Of a DNA stretch of 64,000 bases, positions 10,039 through 20,328 are shown piece by piece. Position 1 is the stretch's first letter, and every line of letters begins with the position of its first letter. The position numbers were made by a program, and so were the translations under genes. Source of the stretch: Alkalispirochaeta sp. (GTDB lineage Bacteria; Spirochaetota; Spirochaetia; DSM-27196; Alkalispirochaetaceae). The DNA lies in the NCBI GenBank assembly GCA_965601925.1, contig OZ271854.1, positions 1 to 64,000 on the forward strand. Direction: 5' to 3'. The notes beneath the pieces were generated by a model. It was given only the letters and a program-made list of their open reading frames with translations. It ran no database searches and had not been told where the DNA came from.

Positions 10039-10067
10039 TTGACTCACGGACTACTGCCTCCTACTCT
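10039..10067 (+). promoter_or_regulatory. Sigma70-type promoter, leaderless configuration
   Basis: TTGACT-17bp-TACTCT, then 6 nt to ATG 10074; no SD. Confidence 0.65.
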
Positions 10068-10073
10068 ATAGCG

Positions 10074-10598
10074 ATGACGAAATCGGAACGGCGTACGCCG
10101 ACGCGCTGGGCGGTGTGGTGCGTCATCGGATCGTATGCGACGTTACTCGTGTTGACGGGAATCGGGGTGTCGATACCGCTCGACGGTGCGACCTGGGCGC
10201 TGACCATGGTGGTAGGTGCATATGTCGGCGTGGACGAGTTGTCCGCCTACATCGCCTCTCGCAACTTACCCAGAGGGCAGAAGTACACCGGCAGCTACGC
10301 CAAGTTGCGCAACATGGTCATCGCAATGTTCATATTGACGTTTCTTGCGGTCATAATCGAGATCGATCTCTTTCGCGCGGCCGCCTCGCGCGGTGCTTCG
10401 GAGCGCGGTCCGGTGTCGCTGGGGGGCCCTCCGGCCGAAGCGAACGTACCGGTCGATCGTCTGTTCGTCTCTCTGGGTATCGTCGTGGCACTCTTCGCCG
10501 GCGGAAACAAGGCGGCCAACATCGCCGAGCAGGCGGAGCCGCGCCCGTCGGCGCCGGAAGCGGAGGCGCCGGAGGCGGACGAGATGGACCAACGATAG
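10074..10598 (+). CDS. Hypothetical 4-TM membrane protein
   Basis: Four hydrophobic segments and an acidic tail; ATG placed by the leaderless promoter. Confidence 0.7.
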   Translation: MTKSERRTPTRWAVWCVIGSYATLLVLTGIGVSIPLDGATWALTMVVGAYVGVDELSAYIASRNLPRGQKYTGSYAKLRNMVIAMFILTFLAVIIEIDLFRAAASRGASERGPVSLGGPPAEANVPVDRLFVSLGIVVALFAGGNKAANIAEQAEPRPSAPEAEAPEADEMDQR

Positions 10599-10695
10599 AT
10601 GATCGTCACCAACGCGCCGTCCGGTACGGTTTCGCCGCCCATTTTGCGTATTAGGGCTTGCGCGCCTCGACGATTTTCACAACACTCGTGACAGT

Positions 10696-13077
10696 ATGAT
10701 TCCTCGGCAATTTCAACTTCTGCCGGAACACCTGTACCCCTCCGAGGAGTGGGGCATCGTGGAGACCGGCTTCGACGGCGACTGGTTCGGCAACGCGGAG
10801 ACGATATTTACCCTTTCCAACGGCTTCCTCGGCATTCGAGGAACGGTCGAGGAGGGGCGTCCGGCCATCGAGCCCGGGACGTTCTGCAACGGGTTTCACG
10901 AAACGTGGCCCATTGTACACGCCGAGGAGGCGTACGGATTTGCCAAAACGGGCCAGACGATCGTCAACGTACCCGACTCGACACTTCTGAAGCTCTACGT
11001 CGATGACGAGCCGTTATACTTACCCACCGCACGCCTGACCGAGTATCGACGCGAGCTCGACTTCCGTTCCGGCGTCTTGTCGCGAAGGATGAACTGGTCG
11101 ACGCCGTCGGGAAAGCAGGTTGCGATCACCTCGCGACGATTGGTCTCTTTGGAACATCGTCATTTGGGAGCGATCAGCTACGAGGTGGTGAGCGATACCG
11201 ACGCGCCGGTGGTCATCTCCTCCCAACTACTCAACCGACAGGATAGCCGTGGCGAGGACGAGCCGGTAGGAGCCGACGCCGCGGACCCCCGACGCGCACG
11301 CCGCTTCTCTAAGCGCGCCCTCAACGCCCGCAGCCACATTCAGGAGCACTTGCGAATCGCAACCGGCTATCGTACGACCAACGCCAAAACGACCCTCGGC
11401 GTCGGGATGGATCACGTTGTCGAGACCGATAACGAGTGGTATCCCCAAGTGAGCTGGTCGGAGGATCTGAGCAAGGTCGTCTTCATTATCAGCGCGCGCG
11501 CCGGGGTGCCGATCCGTATAACCAAGTTTTTCACCTATCACACCTCGCGGTCGGTGCCGACGCCGGAGCTGGTCGACCGGTGTAACCGAACGCTCGATCG
11601 GGCGATTCGTTGCGGCTATGAGTCCCTGGAACGGGAGCAGCGCGCCCGCCTCGACCACTTTTGGGAGCGCTCGGATGTCGTAGCCGGGGCGGAGTCTCGC
11701 GTGCAACAGGCGATCCGATGGAATCTGTTTCAGCTGTGCCAAGCTTCGGCGCGCGCCGAGACGACGGGTATCCCGGCAAAAGGGTTGACCGGGCAGGCGT
11801 ATGAGGGACACTACTTCTGGGATACGGAGATCTACGTCGTTCCGTTTCTTACCTTCACCGAGCCGCGAGTCGCGCGCAACCTTCTACGATTCCGCCACGG
11901 CATGCTCGACATGGCGCGGCAGAGAGCGCGCGAGCTCTCCGAGTCGGGAGCCCTCTTCCCGTGGCGCACGATCAACGGTGAGGAGGCGTCATCCTACTAC
12001 GCCGCGGGCACTGCGCAGTATCACATTAATGCCGATATCGCCTATGCGATTATGCACTACGTCCAGACGCGCGACGACGTCGATCTACTCGCGGAGGTCG
12101 GCGCCGAGATTCTCGTGGAGACGGCGCGTATGTGGATAAACTTGGGCTTTTTCAGCCCCGATACCGGTGCGTTTCATATCCACGGCGTGACAGGACCGGA
12201 CGAATACACCACCGTGGTCAACGACAACACCTTTACCAATCTCATGGCCAGGGCCAATCTCCGATACGCCGCCGAGACCGCCGAGTGGCTGCGCACGGCT
12301 CGTCCCGAGGACTACTCGCGCCTCATTCACGCGACGAAACTCACCGACGACGAGGCCCGTCGCTGGACCGACGCGGCCGACAAGATGTACATCCCCTACG
12401 ACGAGAAGCGGGGGATCAACCCGCAGGACGACAACTTTCTGGAAAAGGAGCGGTGGGACTTCGAAAACACGCCCCGGGATCGTTACCCGCTCTTACTCCA
12501 TTACCATCCCCTCGTTATCTATCGCCATCAGGTAATCAAACAGGCCGACGTCGTTCTGGCGTTGGTCCTGCTCGGTGATGAGTTCAGCCTCCAGGAAAAG
12601 CGGCGCAACTTCGACTACTACGATCCCCTCACGACGGGCGACTCGTCGCTCTCGGCGTGTATGCAATCAATTCTCGCGGCGGAGATCGGCTACGAGGAAA
12701 AGGCGCTGGAGTACTTTCAATATGCGCTGCTCATGGATCTCGCCAACGTTGCGGGGAATGTGGTGGACGGCGTACATATCGCCTCGACCGGCGGCGTCTG
12801 GATGGCCCTCACCTACGGATTCGGCGGTATGCGCTCATATCGCGGCCGGCTGAGTTTCGATCCGCGCCTACCAAAGAGCTGGGAAAGCTTACGGTTCTCG
12901 GTGCGGTACCGACAGTCGCGAATCGCGATCGATCTTGACCATGAGGCGTATCGCTTCACACTCGTAGACGGTCCATCGACGACCCTCACGGTCTGCAACA
13001 CGGAGCATACACTTACCGCCGATACACCGTTGGTCGTAAATAGTTGCACCCTTCTCTCCGAGCATGACTCGGTATGA
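10696..13077 (+). CDS. Glycoside hydrolase family 65 (trehalose/maltose/kojibiose phosphorylase-like)
   Basis: SNGFLGIRG, KGLTGQAYEGHYFWDTE, GVTGPDEY, KQADVVL and GDSSLS motifs. Confidence 0.95.
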   Translation: MIPRQFQLLPEHLYPSEEWGIVETGFDGDWFGNAETIFTLSNGFLGIRGTVEEGRPAIEPGTFCNGFHETWPIVHAEEAYGFAKTGQTIVNVPDSTLLKLYVDDEPLYLPTARLTEYRRELDFRSGVLSRRMNWSTPSGKQVAITSRRLVSLEHRHLGAISYEVVSDTDAPVVISSQLLNRQDSRGEDEPVGADAADPRRARRFSKRALNARSHIQEHLRIATGYRTTNAKTTLGVGMDHVVETDNEWYPQVSWSEDLSKVVFIISARAGVPIRITKFFTYHTSRSVPTPELVDRCNRTLDRAIRCGYESLEREQRARLDHFWERSDVVAGAESRVQQAIRWNLFQLCQASARAETTGIPAKGLTGQAYEGHYFWDTEIYVVPFLTFTEPRVARNLLRFRHGMLDMARQRARELSESGALFPWRTINGEEASSYYAAGTAQYHINADIAYAIMHYVQTRDDVDLLAEVGAEILVETARMWINLGFFSPDTGAFHIHGVTGPDEYTTVVNDNTFTNLMARANLRYAAETAEWLRTARPEDYSRLIHATKLTDDEARRWTDAADKMYIPYDEKRGINPQDDNFLEKERWDFENTPRDRYPLLLHYHPLVIYRHQVIKQADVVLALVLLGDEFSLQEKRRNFDYYDPLTTGDSSLSACMQSILAAEIGYEEKALEYFQYALLMDLANVAGNVVDGVHIASTGGVWMALTYGFGGMRSYRGRLSFDPRLPKSWESLRFSVRYRQSRIAIDLDHEAYRFTLVDGPSTTLTVCNTEHTLTADTPLVVNSCTLLSEHDSV

Positions 13078-14176
13078 ACAACGCCATACGGTAAAGCGGC
13101 GGCGTCGCGCACGGGCTCATCGGAACGAACGACTCCAGCGCGGGGTGAATCGACTCATGCTCCAAGCCTTCCGCGATGAGTCGAGTCCGTTCAGTGTCTG
13201 GATACTCGACGAACACGATCGCTATCTCTTTTTTAATCGAACGCACCGGCGATCCATGAGAGACTTTTGGGGCGCTACGATCGAGATCGGCGCCCACGTA
13301 CCGTCGCTCATCTCAGACGAAGCGTATCGAGAGCGCATGCGCGAAGCGTACGAGCAGGCGCGAGCTCGCAACGTCGTATTTCCCGCCAGCGTCGCACGGG
13401 ATCGAAGGGGACGCGAGCGCTATTTCCACACGATTCTCGCACCTTTTACGTACCGCGGTGCGACCGGAGGGCGGGGAATCGTCGCATTTTCGGTTGAGGT
13501 GAGCGAGCTCGAGCACACGCGGCAATCGGTAGACGTCCTTCAGAGAGAGCTGGATCACCGCGTGCAGAATAATCTGCAAACGATCGTGTCGCTCCTCAGG
13601 ATCGATCTGGACTCGATCGGCCACGGTGAGGCCCGTGCTCCCATTCTCATGGCGATCGGTCGCGTCTCGACGCTCGGGATCGCGTACGAAATGCAGGCGA
13701 CGACGCACGGCGCAAACATCGACGCCACGTCCTATCTTACGCAGATCGTACAGTCGCTGCGCCTGACCTACGACCGCGACTATCGGCTCACCATTGAGAC
13801 CGATTTCGATTCGGTCATCTGTCCGGCGCAGCACGCCGTTACGATGGGACTGATCGCCCACGAGTTAATTGCGCTCGCCATGCGGTACGCGGCCGAGGCG
13901 GTGCGCGGTAAGGGGGAACGGCGGGCACCGCGCGGCCGAGGCGATACGCGGTCCACCGATACAGGCCCGGCGTACATAGGAATCACACTTCGTCGCGAGA
14001 ACGACGGACGCGCTACGTTCACCGTTGATCGCACATCGACCGATGAGATACACCCGTCGGCCCTCGCCGTGGCGCACGTACTGGCGTCACAAACGGGAAG
14101 TACGCTCGTCTTTGTACGGGACGTTCCCAACCGTCGGTCGGGATATCGACTGACGACGACGTTGACCGAGGAGTGA
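13064..14176 (+). CDS. PAS + HisKA_2-type histidine kinase-like protein with degenerate ATPase domain
   Basis: H-box ELDHRVQNNLQ; PAS-like N-terminal half; N and G boxes not recognisable. Confidence 0.75.
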   Translation: MTRYEQRHTVKRRRRARAHRNERLQRGVNRLMLQAFRDESSPFSVWILDEHDRYLFFNRTHRRSMRDFWGATIEIGAHVPSLISDEAYRERMREAYEQARARNVVFPASVARDRRGRERYFHTILAPFTYRGATGGRGIVAFSVEVSELEHTRQSVDVLQRELDHRVQNNLQTIVSLLRIDLDSIGHGEARAPILMAIGRVSTLGIAYEMQATTHGANIDATSYLTQIVQSLRLTYDRDYRLTIETDFDSVICPAQHAVTMGLIAHELIALAMRYAAEAVRGKGERRAPRGRGDTRSTDTGPAYIGITLRRENDGRATFTVDRTSTDEIHPSALAVAHVLASQTGSTLVFVRDVPNRRSGYRLTTTLTEE

Positions 14177-14260
14177 ACCTCCGGTCTCGGATTAGGCGTC
14201 GCGGGACGCTCGATCGCGAACAACGGGCGAACACGAATGCCCGCCCCGGGCCGGCGCGTA

Positions 14261-15895
14261 TTAAATCTCGACGGTATGGTGGCCGTGATATTGCCCGTCT
14301 CGGAGCTCCTGGACCTCTTTGTTGACGATGTACTCGTCAAACGGCATCGTTTTGTCGATGAGACCCGCCGGCGTAAACTCGATGATCCGATTCGCGACGG
14401 TGTTGACGAACTCGTGGTCGTGGCTGGTGAACAGCACCGTACCTTTGAAGGCGATGAGCGCATCGTTGAGCGCAGTGATCGCCTCCAGGTCCAAATGGTT
14501 GGTCGGCTCGTCCATGATGAGTGCATTAGGCTTGGCCAACATCAACTTCGCCAGCATGCAGCGAACCTTCTCGCCTCCCGACAACACCGTGACCTTTTTG
14601 AGCGAGTCCTCGCCGGAGAAGAGCATGCGTCCGAGAAAACCCCGTACGTACGTCTCCTCTTCGACTTCGGTAAACTGGCGTAGCCATTCGATAATCGAGA
14701 GATCGGAAGAGAAGTAACGGCTGTTATCCTTGGGGAAGTACGCCGGGGTGATCGTCGTGCCCCACTCGTACTCACCGCCGTCGGCCCCATCTTCGCCGGC
14801 AAGAATCTCGTACAGGGCCGTCTTGGTGTTATGCAGCGGCCCGACAAAGGCTATTTTGTCACCGGGGTGAACCGTCAGTTCCAGGCCGTCGAGCCCCGAC
14901 TCGCCCTCGACACCCTTGGTTATCCGGCGCACCTCCAACATCTTCTTTCCCGCCTCACGTTCCATGTCGAAATGGATGTACGGCGTACGGCGGCTGGAGG
15001 GACGGATATCGTTAATGGTGAGCTTTTCTACGAGCTTTTGACGACTCGTCGCCTGCCGACTCCTCGCGGCGTTGGACGAGAAGCGCTGAATAAAGGTCTT
15101 GAGCTCGGCGATCTTGTCCTCTCGTCGCTTTTTTTCGTCCCGTTGCTGCTTCTGGGCGAGCTGGCTGGAGTGATACCAAAAATCGTAGTTACCGACATAG
15201 AGTTGGATCTTTCCGTAATCGATGTCGGCGACGTGGGTACACACTTTGTTGAGAAAGTGTCGATCGTGGCTCACGACGATGACGGTGTTGCGAAACCCGA
15301 AGAGAAAGTCCTCCAGCCACGCGACCGACTCGAGGTCGAGGTTGTTGGTCGGCTCGTCGAGGAGCAGGATATCCGGCTCGCCGAAGAGCGCCTGGGCCAG
15401 AAGAACGCGTACCTTCTGACCGCCGTCGAGATCCGCCATCTGTTTTTCGTGGAGATCGTCGGGGATGCCCAGTCCCGAGAGGAGCCTGGCCGCTTCGCTC
15501 TCCGCCTCCCAGCCCCCCAGCTCGGAGAACTCGCCCTCGAGCTCGGCGGCACGGAGTCCGTCCTCCTCGGAGAAGTCGGCCTTTGCGTAGATGGCGTCCT
15601 TTTCGATCATGATATCGTACAGATGCTTGTATCCCATGATGACGGTGTGTAGTACCGAATACTGATCGAAGGCAAACTGATCCTGGCGCAGAACGGCGAC
15701 TCGTTCACCCTTCCCCACAGCGATCTCGCCGGAGTCGGGCTCGATCTCGCCGGCAAGAATCTTGAGGAAGGTCGACTTTCCCGCCCCGTTGGCTCCGATG
15801 ACGCCGTAGCAGTTACCGGCGACGAACTTGATATTTACGTCCTTAAAGAGGACTTGCTCGCTAAACGAGAGACTGATATTACTCGCACTGATCAT
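14261..15895 (-). CDS. ABC-F family ATP-binding protein (YbiT/YkpA-like)
   Basis: Two NBDs, no TM segments; GANGAGKST, LLLDEPTNNLD, LSGGEKVR, MDEPTNHLD; start MISASNISL. Confidence 0.93.
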   Translation of the reverse strand: MISASNISLSFSEQVLFKDVNIKFVAGNCYGVIGANGAGKSTFLKILAGEIEPDSGEIAVGKGERVAVLRQDQFAFDQYSVLHTVIMGYKHLYDIMIEKDAIYAKADFSEEDGLRAAELEGEFSELGGWEAESEAARLLSGLGIPDDLHEKQMADLDGGQKVRVLLAQALFGEPDILLLDEPTNNLDLESVAWLEDFLFGFRNTVIVVSHDRHFLNKVCTHVADIDYGKIQLYVGNYDFWYHSSQLAQKQQRDEKKRREDKIAELKTFIQRFSSNAARSRQATSRQKLVEKLTINDIRPSSRRTPYIHFDMEREAGKKMLEVRRITKGVEGESGLDGLELTVHPGDKIAFVGPLHNTKTALYEILAGEDGADGGEYEWGTTITPAYFPKDNSRYFSSDLSIIEWLRQFTEVEEETYVRGFLGRMLFSGEDSLKKVTVLSGGEKVRCMLAKLMLAKPNALIMDEPTNHLDLEAITALNDALIAFKGTVLFTSHDHEFVNTVANRIIEFTPAGLIDKTMPFDEYIVNKEVQELRDGQYHGHHTVEI

Positions 15896-15902
15896 CGGCG
15901 CC

Positions 15903-15931
15903 ACTATAGCCGCTCGGAGGCCTTCCGTCCA
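15903..15931 (-). promoter_or_regulatory. Sigma70-type promoter, leaderless configuration (ABC-F)
   Basis: TGGACG-17bp-TATAGT, then 7 nt to ATG. Confidence 0.65.
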
Positions 15932-15996
15932 CGGGGCACGCCGGATTGCGAGGTTTTCGTGTGTACACGGCGCCACAGGAGCGATAGTCTGACACG

Positions 15997-17103
15997 ATGC
16001 CGGGCCGGCTCCTGCACGTCCAAGTGTATGAATACCTCCTGCGTCTGTTCGACGGTGGCTCGATCCACCCGGGCGACACCCTCCCGGGAGAGCTGGAACT
16101 CGCACAGCGGCTCAAGGTGAGCCGTAATACGGTGCGCCACGCTCTGGCGGATCTCGAGGGCGAGGGGCGCATTCAGAGGCGAAAACGGCGCGGTACGATC
16201 TATCTCGGCCGAACGCACGACCGCGCGCGGGACGACTCGCCGCGATCGGCGGTCGGGGTGATCAACAACGCGTTTTTCAACTCCATCTATCCAGAACTCA
16301 ACGAGGGTATCGACGATCGACTCCATCGAGAGGGCCTCTCGATGCTCCTCTCCAACGGAACCTACGACTTCAGACGTGAAATCGAATCGATCGACCGCAT
16401 GCTCGCACAGGGCGTACCGGGACTGATCGTGGAGCCCTACCCGAGCTCACCGACCTATCGATCGACCGATCTATCGAGTCGATTGCGATCCCTTCCGGTG
16501 CCGCTCGTGACGACCAACTGCGTCCTCCCCGAACTCGACGCGTCGTCGGTGACCGTCGACGACGAGTGGGTTGGATACCGCGCGACGCAGTACTTGATTC
16601 AAGCGGGGCATACACACATCGCGTGCGTCTTCGAAGAGGCTTCGCAACCGGGAGTGCTGCGTTTGCAAGGGTATCGCCGCGCGCTCGATGAGGCGGGTCT
16701 ACCGCATCGCGCCGAACTGGTCGTCGGCACCATGCACTCGCGCACCGAGAAACATCCCGCCGCGGGACCCACCGAGGAGTTGCTCTCTCGCACCGAACGT
16801 ATGCCGACGGCGATCTTCTTCTTCAACGATGAGTTCGCACTCCAAGGCCTCAAAGTGATGCAGGAGCGCGGGATAGAGGTACCGCGCCACGTTTCGGTCA
16901 TCGGTGTCGACAATATTCCCGAGGCGGGCCGTACCGTTCCCGGACTCACGACCTTCGACCACCCCAAGTACTTGATGGGGACGATCGCCGCCGAACTCCT
17001 CATCGACCGGATGGGACGCGCTCGGGGGCTTCCCGGTCAGGAGATTCGTCTGAGGCCGGGATTGATCGCGCGTGCCTCCGTATCGACTCCCGCCGGTCGA
17101 TAG
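15997..17103 (+). CDS. GntR-HTH + LacI-type ligand-binding domain regulator (AraR-like)
   Basis: LPGELELAQRLKVSRNTVRHAL HTH; VPRHVSVIGVDN and LTTFDHP LacI core; upstream TGTACA-17-TAGTCT lies 6 nt before ATG. Confidence 0.9.
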   Translation: MPGRLLHVQVYEYLLRLFDGGSIHPGDTLPGELELAQRLKVSRNTVRHALADLEGEGRIQRRKRRGTIYLGRTHDRARDDSPRSAVGVINNAFFNSIYPELNEGIDDRLHREGLSMLLSNGTYDFRREIESIDRMLAQGVPGLIVEPYPSSPTYRSTDLSSRLRSLPVPLVTTNCVLPELDASSVTVDDEWVGYRATQYLIQAGHTHIACVFEEASQPGVLRLQGYRRALDEAGLPHRAELVVGTMHSRTEKHPAAGPTEELLSRTERMPTAIFFFNDEFALQGLKVMQERGIEVPRHVSVIGVDNIPEAGRTVPGLTTFDHPKYLMGTIAAELLIDRMGRARGLPGQEIRLRPGLIARASVSTPAGR

Positions 17104-17104
17104 A

Positions 17105-18130
17105 TCAGCTGCCGTCCGCCGTGATGTCGTGCACGAGCACATGATCGCCGTCTATCACCGGCGATTGCCGCACACGAGTTCCCCGCTCGTCGACGACGAA
17201 GGCGGGGCCTTGCCAGAGAAAATCGGCAAAACGCCCGTTGAGACTGGTGCTCATCCCCCACTCGACGCGCGTGTTGGCCACCCGTTCGGGGAGCGCCGCC
17301 TCAAAACGCCGTCGGACCGCCTCGTTCCACAGCTCGCCGTTAGCCCTGATATCCAACCACACATCCGCGTTGCCGAACCGCCCCTCCCACACTTCGAAGT
17401 AGGAATCGCGACAGATCGTGAGGCCCAATGAGAACCCGTCGATAACGAAGGTACGCGCGCGCTCGATCCGCCCGGGACTCAAGCCGAGAAGGTCCCGTTC
17501 AAAGGGCGTCAGAAAGACCTTGTCCTGATGGTAGGCGACGTCTCCATCGGGAGAGAAGACCCAGGCGCGATTCCGCAACTCGCCCTCCCCGTCGACGACG
17601 AAGATACTACCGGCGACGATCCAGACGCGGTGGGTTCGCGCCAGCTCGGACCAGACCGAGCGCACCGCATCCTCGTCACGCAGCGCCTCCCGTCGGAAGA
17701 GATCGCGAAGGGCGGCGACGTCCGACGCCCCATCGAGTCGGAGCGCACCGTCTTCGCCGGCGAGCGCGCCGTGAACCGGGACTGGGGCCGTCGCCTCCGG
17801 CACAAGCTCACCGTCGGCGGAGAGATACTCGCCGAAAAGCGCGAAAACCGATGTGTACTCGGGAAACACTACGACGTCCGGCCGGTGGTGAACGACCGTC
17901 GCATCAAGAATCGCCCCGACTCGCTCGGAGAATGCGCTGAGACTACGATAATCCTCGCCGTCTACCGCGTATTGCACCAGCGCGATACGCAACGTCCGTG
18001 AATCGACGCGTTCGACGGCGGTCGGTCCGGGGGACGACGTGCCGGAGTCGCCGATGGACGGGGACTGAGCCCAGAGTGCTACGATCGGTGCGAGGAGTAC
18101 GATGATGGTGGTGCGCCGGCGCCTCGACAT
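17105..18130 (-). CDS. Nitrilase-superfamily (carbon-nitrogen hydrolase) protein with signal peptide
   Basis: Catalytic triad VFPEY / QDKVFL / ICRDSYF; N-terminal MSRRRRTTIIVLLAPIVALWAQ. Confidence 0.82.
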   Translation of the reverse strand: MSRRRRTTIIVLLAPIVALWAQSPSIGDSGTSSPGPTAVERVDSRTLRIALVQYAVDGEDYRSLSAFSERVGAILDATVVHHRPDVVVFPEYTSVFALFGEYLSADGELVPEATAPVPVHGALAGEDGALRLDGASDVAALRDLFRREALRDEDAVRSVWSELARTHRVWIVAGSIFVVDGEGELRNRAWVFSPDGDVAYHQDKVFLTPFERDLLGLSPGRIERARTFVIDGFSLGLTICRDSYFEVWEGRFGNADVWLDIRANGELWNEAVRRRFEAALPERVANTRVEWGMSTSLNGRFADFLWQGPAFVVDERGTRVRQSPVIDGDHVLVHDITADGS

Positions 18131-18245
18131 ACGTCGTAGGCTACCCCTCGACGGGCCGATCTGTCCACAACGCCGCGGCCGCGGTACCGACCTCCACGTC
18201 TGCAAGAATTTGATTCTTTTCGAAAGAGGCCGTACCCTCGTAGGC

Positions 18246-19106
18246 GTGGACGGTGGAGTGACGTCGGCGGCGATCGACGAGTTGGTATGGCATATGAAGG
18301 GGCGCATCGCCTGCGCTTTGACGGGCGCGGGCATCAGCACCGATTCGGGCATACCTGACTATCGCGGCCCCGAGGGATCGCTCAAGAAGCGGAGTCCCGT
18401 CACCTATACCGAGTTCGTACGTTCGGCGGAGAACCGGCGGCGCTATTGGGCCCGCAGCTGCCTGGGATGGACCTTTATGACCGCGCGCCGCCCCAACGAC
18501 AGCCATCACGCCCTCCGCGATCTCCAACGCCACGGTGCGGTTCGTTCAATCGTTACCCAGAATGTCGACGGACTCCACCAAGCGTCGGGCAGCACCGACG
18601 TGTTGGAGCTGCACGGCGGCCTTTCGCGCGTGGTGTGTCTGGACTGCAGTACCGTGAGCGACCGCGAAACGCTGCAGCGGAGAATGCTGCGCCTCAATCC
18701 GGGCTGGCTCGAGGCGACCGTTGAGGCGGCTCCCGACGGCGATGCCGAGTTACCGCCCAAGGTGACGGCGCACTTCACCGTGCCGCCGTGCGAAGTCTGC
18801 GGCGGCACATTGAAACCGGATGTCGTCTTTTTCGGCGAAAGCGTTCCGAAGCCGCGGGTTCAGGCGGCGTTCGACGCGGTCAACGAGTCGGACATCCTGC
18901 TGGTGCTGGGCTCGTCATTGACCGTCTATTCCGGTTTTCGTTTTGCCGACCACGCCGCCAAGAGCGGCAAGACCGTCGCGATCGTCAACAAGGGTCCGAC
19001 GCGTGCCGACGGGCTGGCGACGATCAAACTGGATACGCACCTCGGATCGCTCGTGCCCGAGCTGGCGCGACGTCTCGCTCCACGTTATGCCGATGAGAGA
19101 GCATGA
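18246..19106 (+). CDS. NAD-dependent protein deacylase, Sir2 family (SIRT4-like/class II)
   Basis: GAGISTDSGIPDYRG, RRRYWARS, TQNVDGLH, Zn cysteines, LKPDVVFFGE; GTG start follows TTGATT-17-TACCCT by 7 nt. Confidence 0.92.
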   Translation: MDGGVTSAAIDELVWHMKGRIACALTGAGISTDSGIPDYRGPEGSLKKRSPVTYTEFVRSAENRRRYWARSCLGWTFMTARRPNDSHHALRDLQRHGAVRSIVTQNVDGLHQASGSTDVLELHGGLSRVVCLDCSTVSDRETLQRRMLRLNPGWLEATVEAAPDGDAELPPKVTAHFTVPPCEVCGGTLKPDVVFFGESVPKPRVQAAFDAVNESDILLVLGSSLTVYSGFRFADHAAKSGKTVAIVNKGPTRADGLATIKLDTHLGSLVPELARRLAPRYADERA

Positions 19107-19122
19107 GGCGGACGGACGATAC

Positions 19123-20328
19123 TCACCCTCCGGCGCGCCGTCGGAGGAACGCCAGACGGACACTCCATACGTAGGCGGCAAGCCCGGTACCGGCGAATAA
19201 CCACCATCGTCCATTGGGCCCCAGCAACTCCAACATCGCCCCGGCGACGACGTAGCTCGTAGGCGCTGCGAGGGAACTCGCGGCCTCCAACAGCGCGAAT
19301 AACCTGCCGTGGTGGCGCTCGGAACACATACGTTGAATCCACGTCACCGCAAAAAGGTAGACGAGTCCCGCCGCACCACCCACGATGAGGGCCGAGACGA
19401 TAAGTACGAGGGGACCGGTCGATAACGCCAGCATACCGAACACGGTGCCCAGGGCGAGGTAGGCGAGCATCGGCAGCGGCATTTCCGCCATGCGCGACGC
19501 CGAGACGCGCCGCAACACGACGAACACGGCGATTCCTCCCGCGAGCGCCGTGGCAAAGAAAAACCCCACGGCGCGTTCGGCCATACCGAGTTCGTCGATC
19601 ACGATGAAGGGCAACGACAACAGGAGGACCGGCGAGACGACAAACAGACCGGCTTGAGAGAGAAACAGCGCGCGCATCGCCGGCGATCCGACGACCATCG
19701 TTAAACCCTCGCGCGCGGCACCGAACACGCGCGGTGCCGACGTCTCGGACACGGCTTCCTCCGCGGATATGAGACGCTCTCGCGAGGCGGAGACGAGAAA
19801 GCTGAATCCGTTGAACACGAAGAGGATCGGCGCGCCGAGGACGGTGTATACGAGTCCGCCGATTGCGTTTCCCGCCATGTTGGAGAGTTGGCCGGCCGCG
19901 GCGCGTACGCCGTTGGCGGACTGAAGACGATTCGGCGCGACGATGGAGGGGAGGAGCGCCTGGGCGGCGGGGACGAAAAACGCGTGCCCGATGCCCGATA
20001 GGAACGATACCGGTAGGATCAACCACGGCGTCCGCATCGTCGGAACCATGATGAGAAGGCCGGACGCGATCATAAGAAGGCCGCGATACAGATCGGAGAG
20101 CACCAACACCCGTGCACGCGAGTATCGATCGATGATCGCGCCGGATACGGGACTCAAGAGGAATCCCGGCGATAGGGCCAAAAACTGAAAGAGTCCCAGA
20201 ACGAGCGCGGAGGCGGTAAGGTCCTTGAGAAGGAGTGTAACCGCCACGAGGTATACGGAGTTACCGAAGGTCGAGACGGCGTTCCCCGAGACGAGAAGGC
20301 GCAAATTGCGCCGCTCGGCCTCGGTCAC
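19123..20328 (-). CDS. MFS transporter (MefA/DHA3-like)
   Basis: About 12 TM segments; GAIIDRYSRARVLVLSD motif A. Confidence 0.88.
   Translation of the reverse strand: MTEAERRNLRLLVSGNAVSTFGNSVYLVAVTLLLKDLTASALVLGLFQFLALSPGFLLSPVSGAIIDRYSRARVLVLSDLYRGLLMIASGLLIMVPTMRTPWLILPVSFLSGIGHAFFVPAAQALLPSIVAPNRLQSANGVRAAAGQLSNMAGNAIGGLVYTVLGAPILFVFNGFSFLVSASRERLISAEEAVSETSAPRVFGAAREGLTMVVGSPAMRALFLSQAGLFVVSPVLLLSLPFIVIDELGMAERAVGFFFATALAGGIAVFVVLRRVSASRMAEMPLPMLAYLALGTVFGMLALSTGPLVLIVSALIVGGAAGLVYLFAVTWIQRMCSERHHGRLFALLEAASSLAAPTSYVVAGAMLELLGPNGRWWLFAGTGLAAYVWSVRLAFLRRRAGG

Noticed and set aside
15961..15968. GTGTACAC palindrome at the GntR/LacI regulator -35 as an AraR-like operator
   Set aside because: Only 8 bp, and no second copy found near candidate targets
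15896..16105. Long N-terminal extensions in the ORF track (ABC-F, nitrilase, sirtuin, amidase, purF, purL, GGDEF)
   Set aside because: They overlap neighbouring genes; promoter/RBS positions and family N-termini indicate later starts
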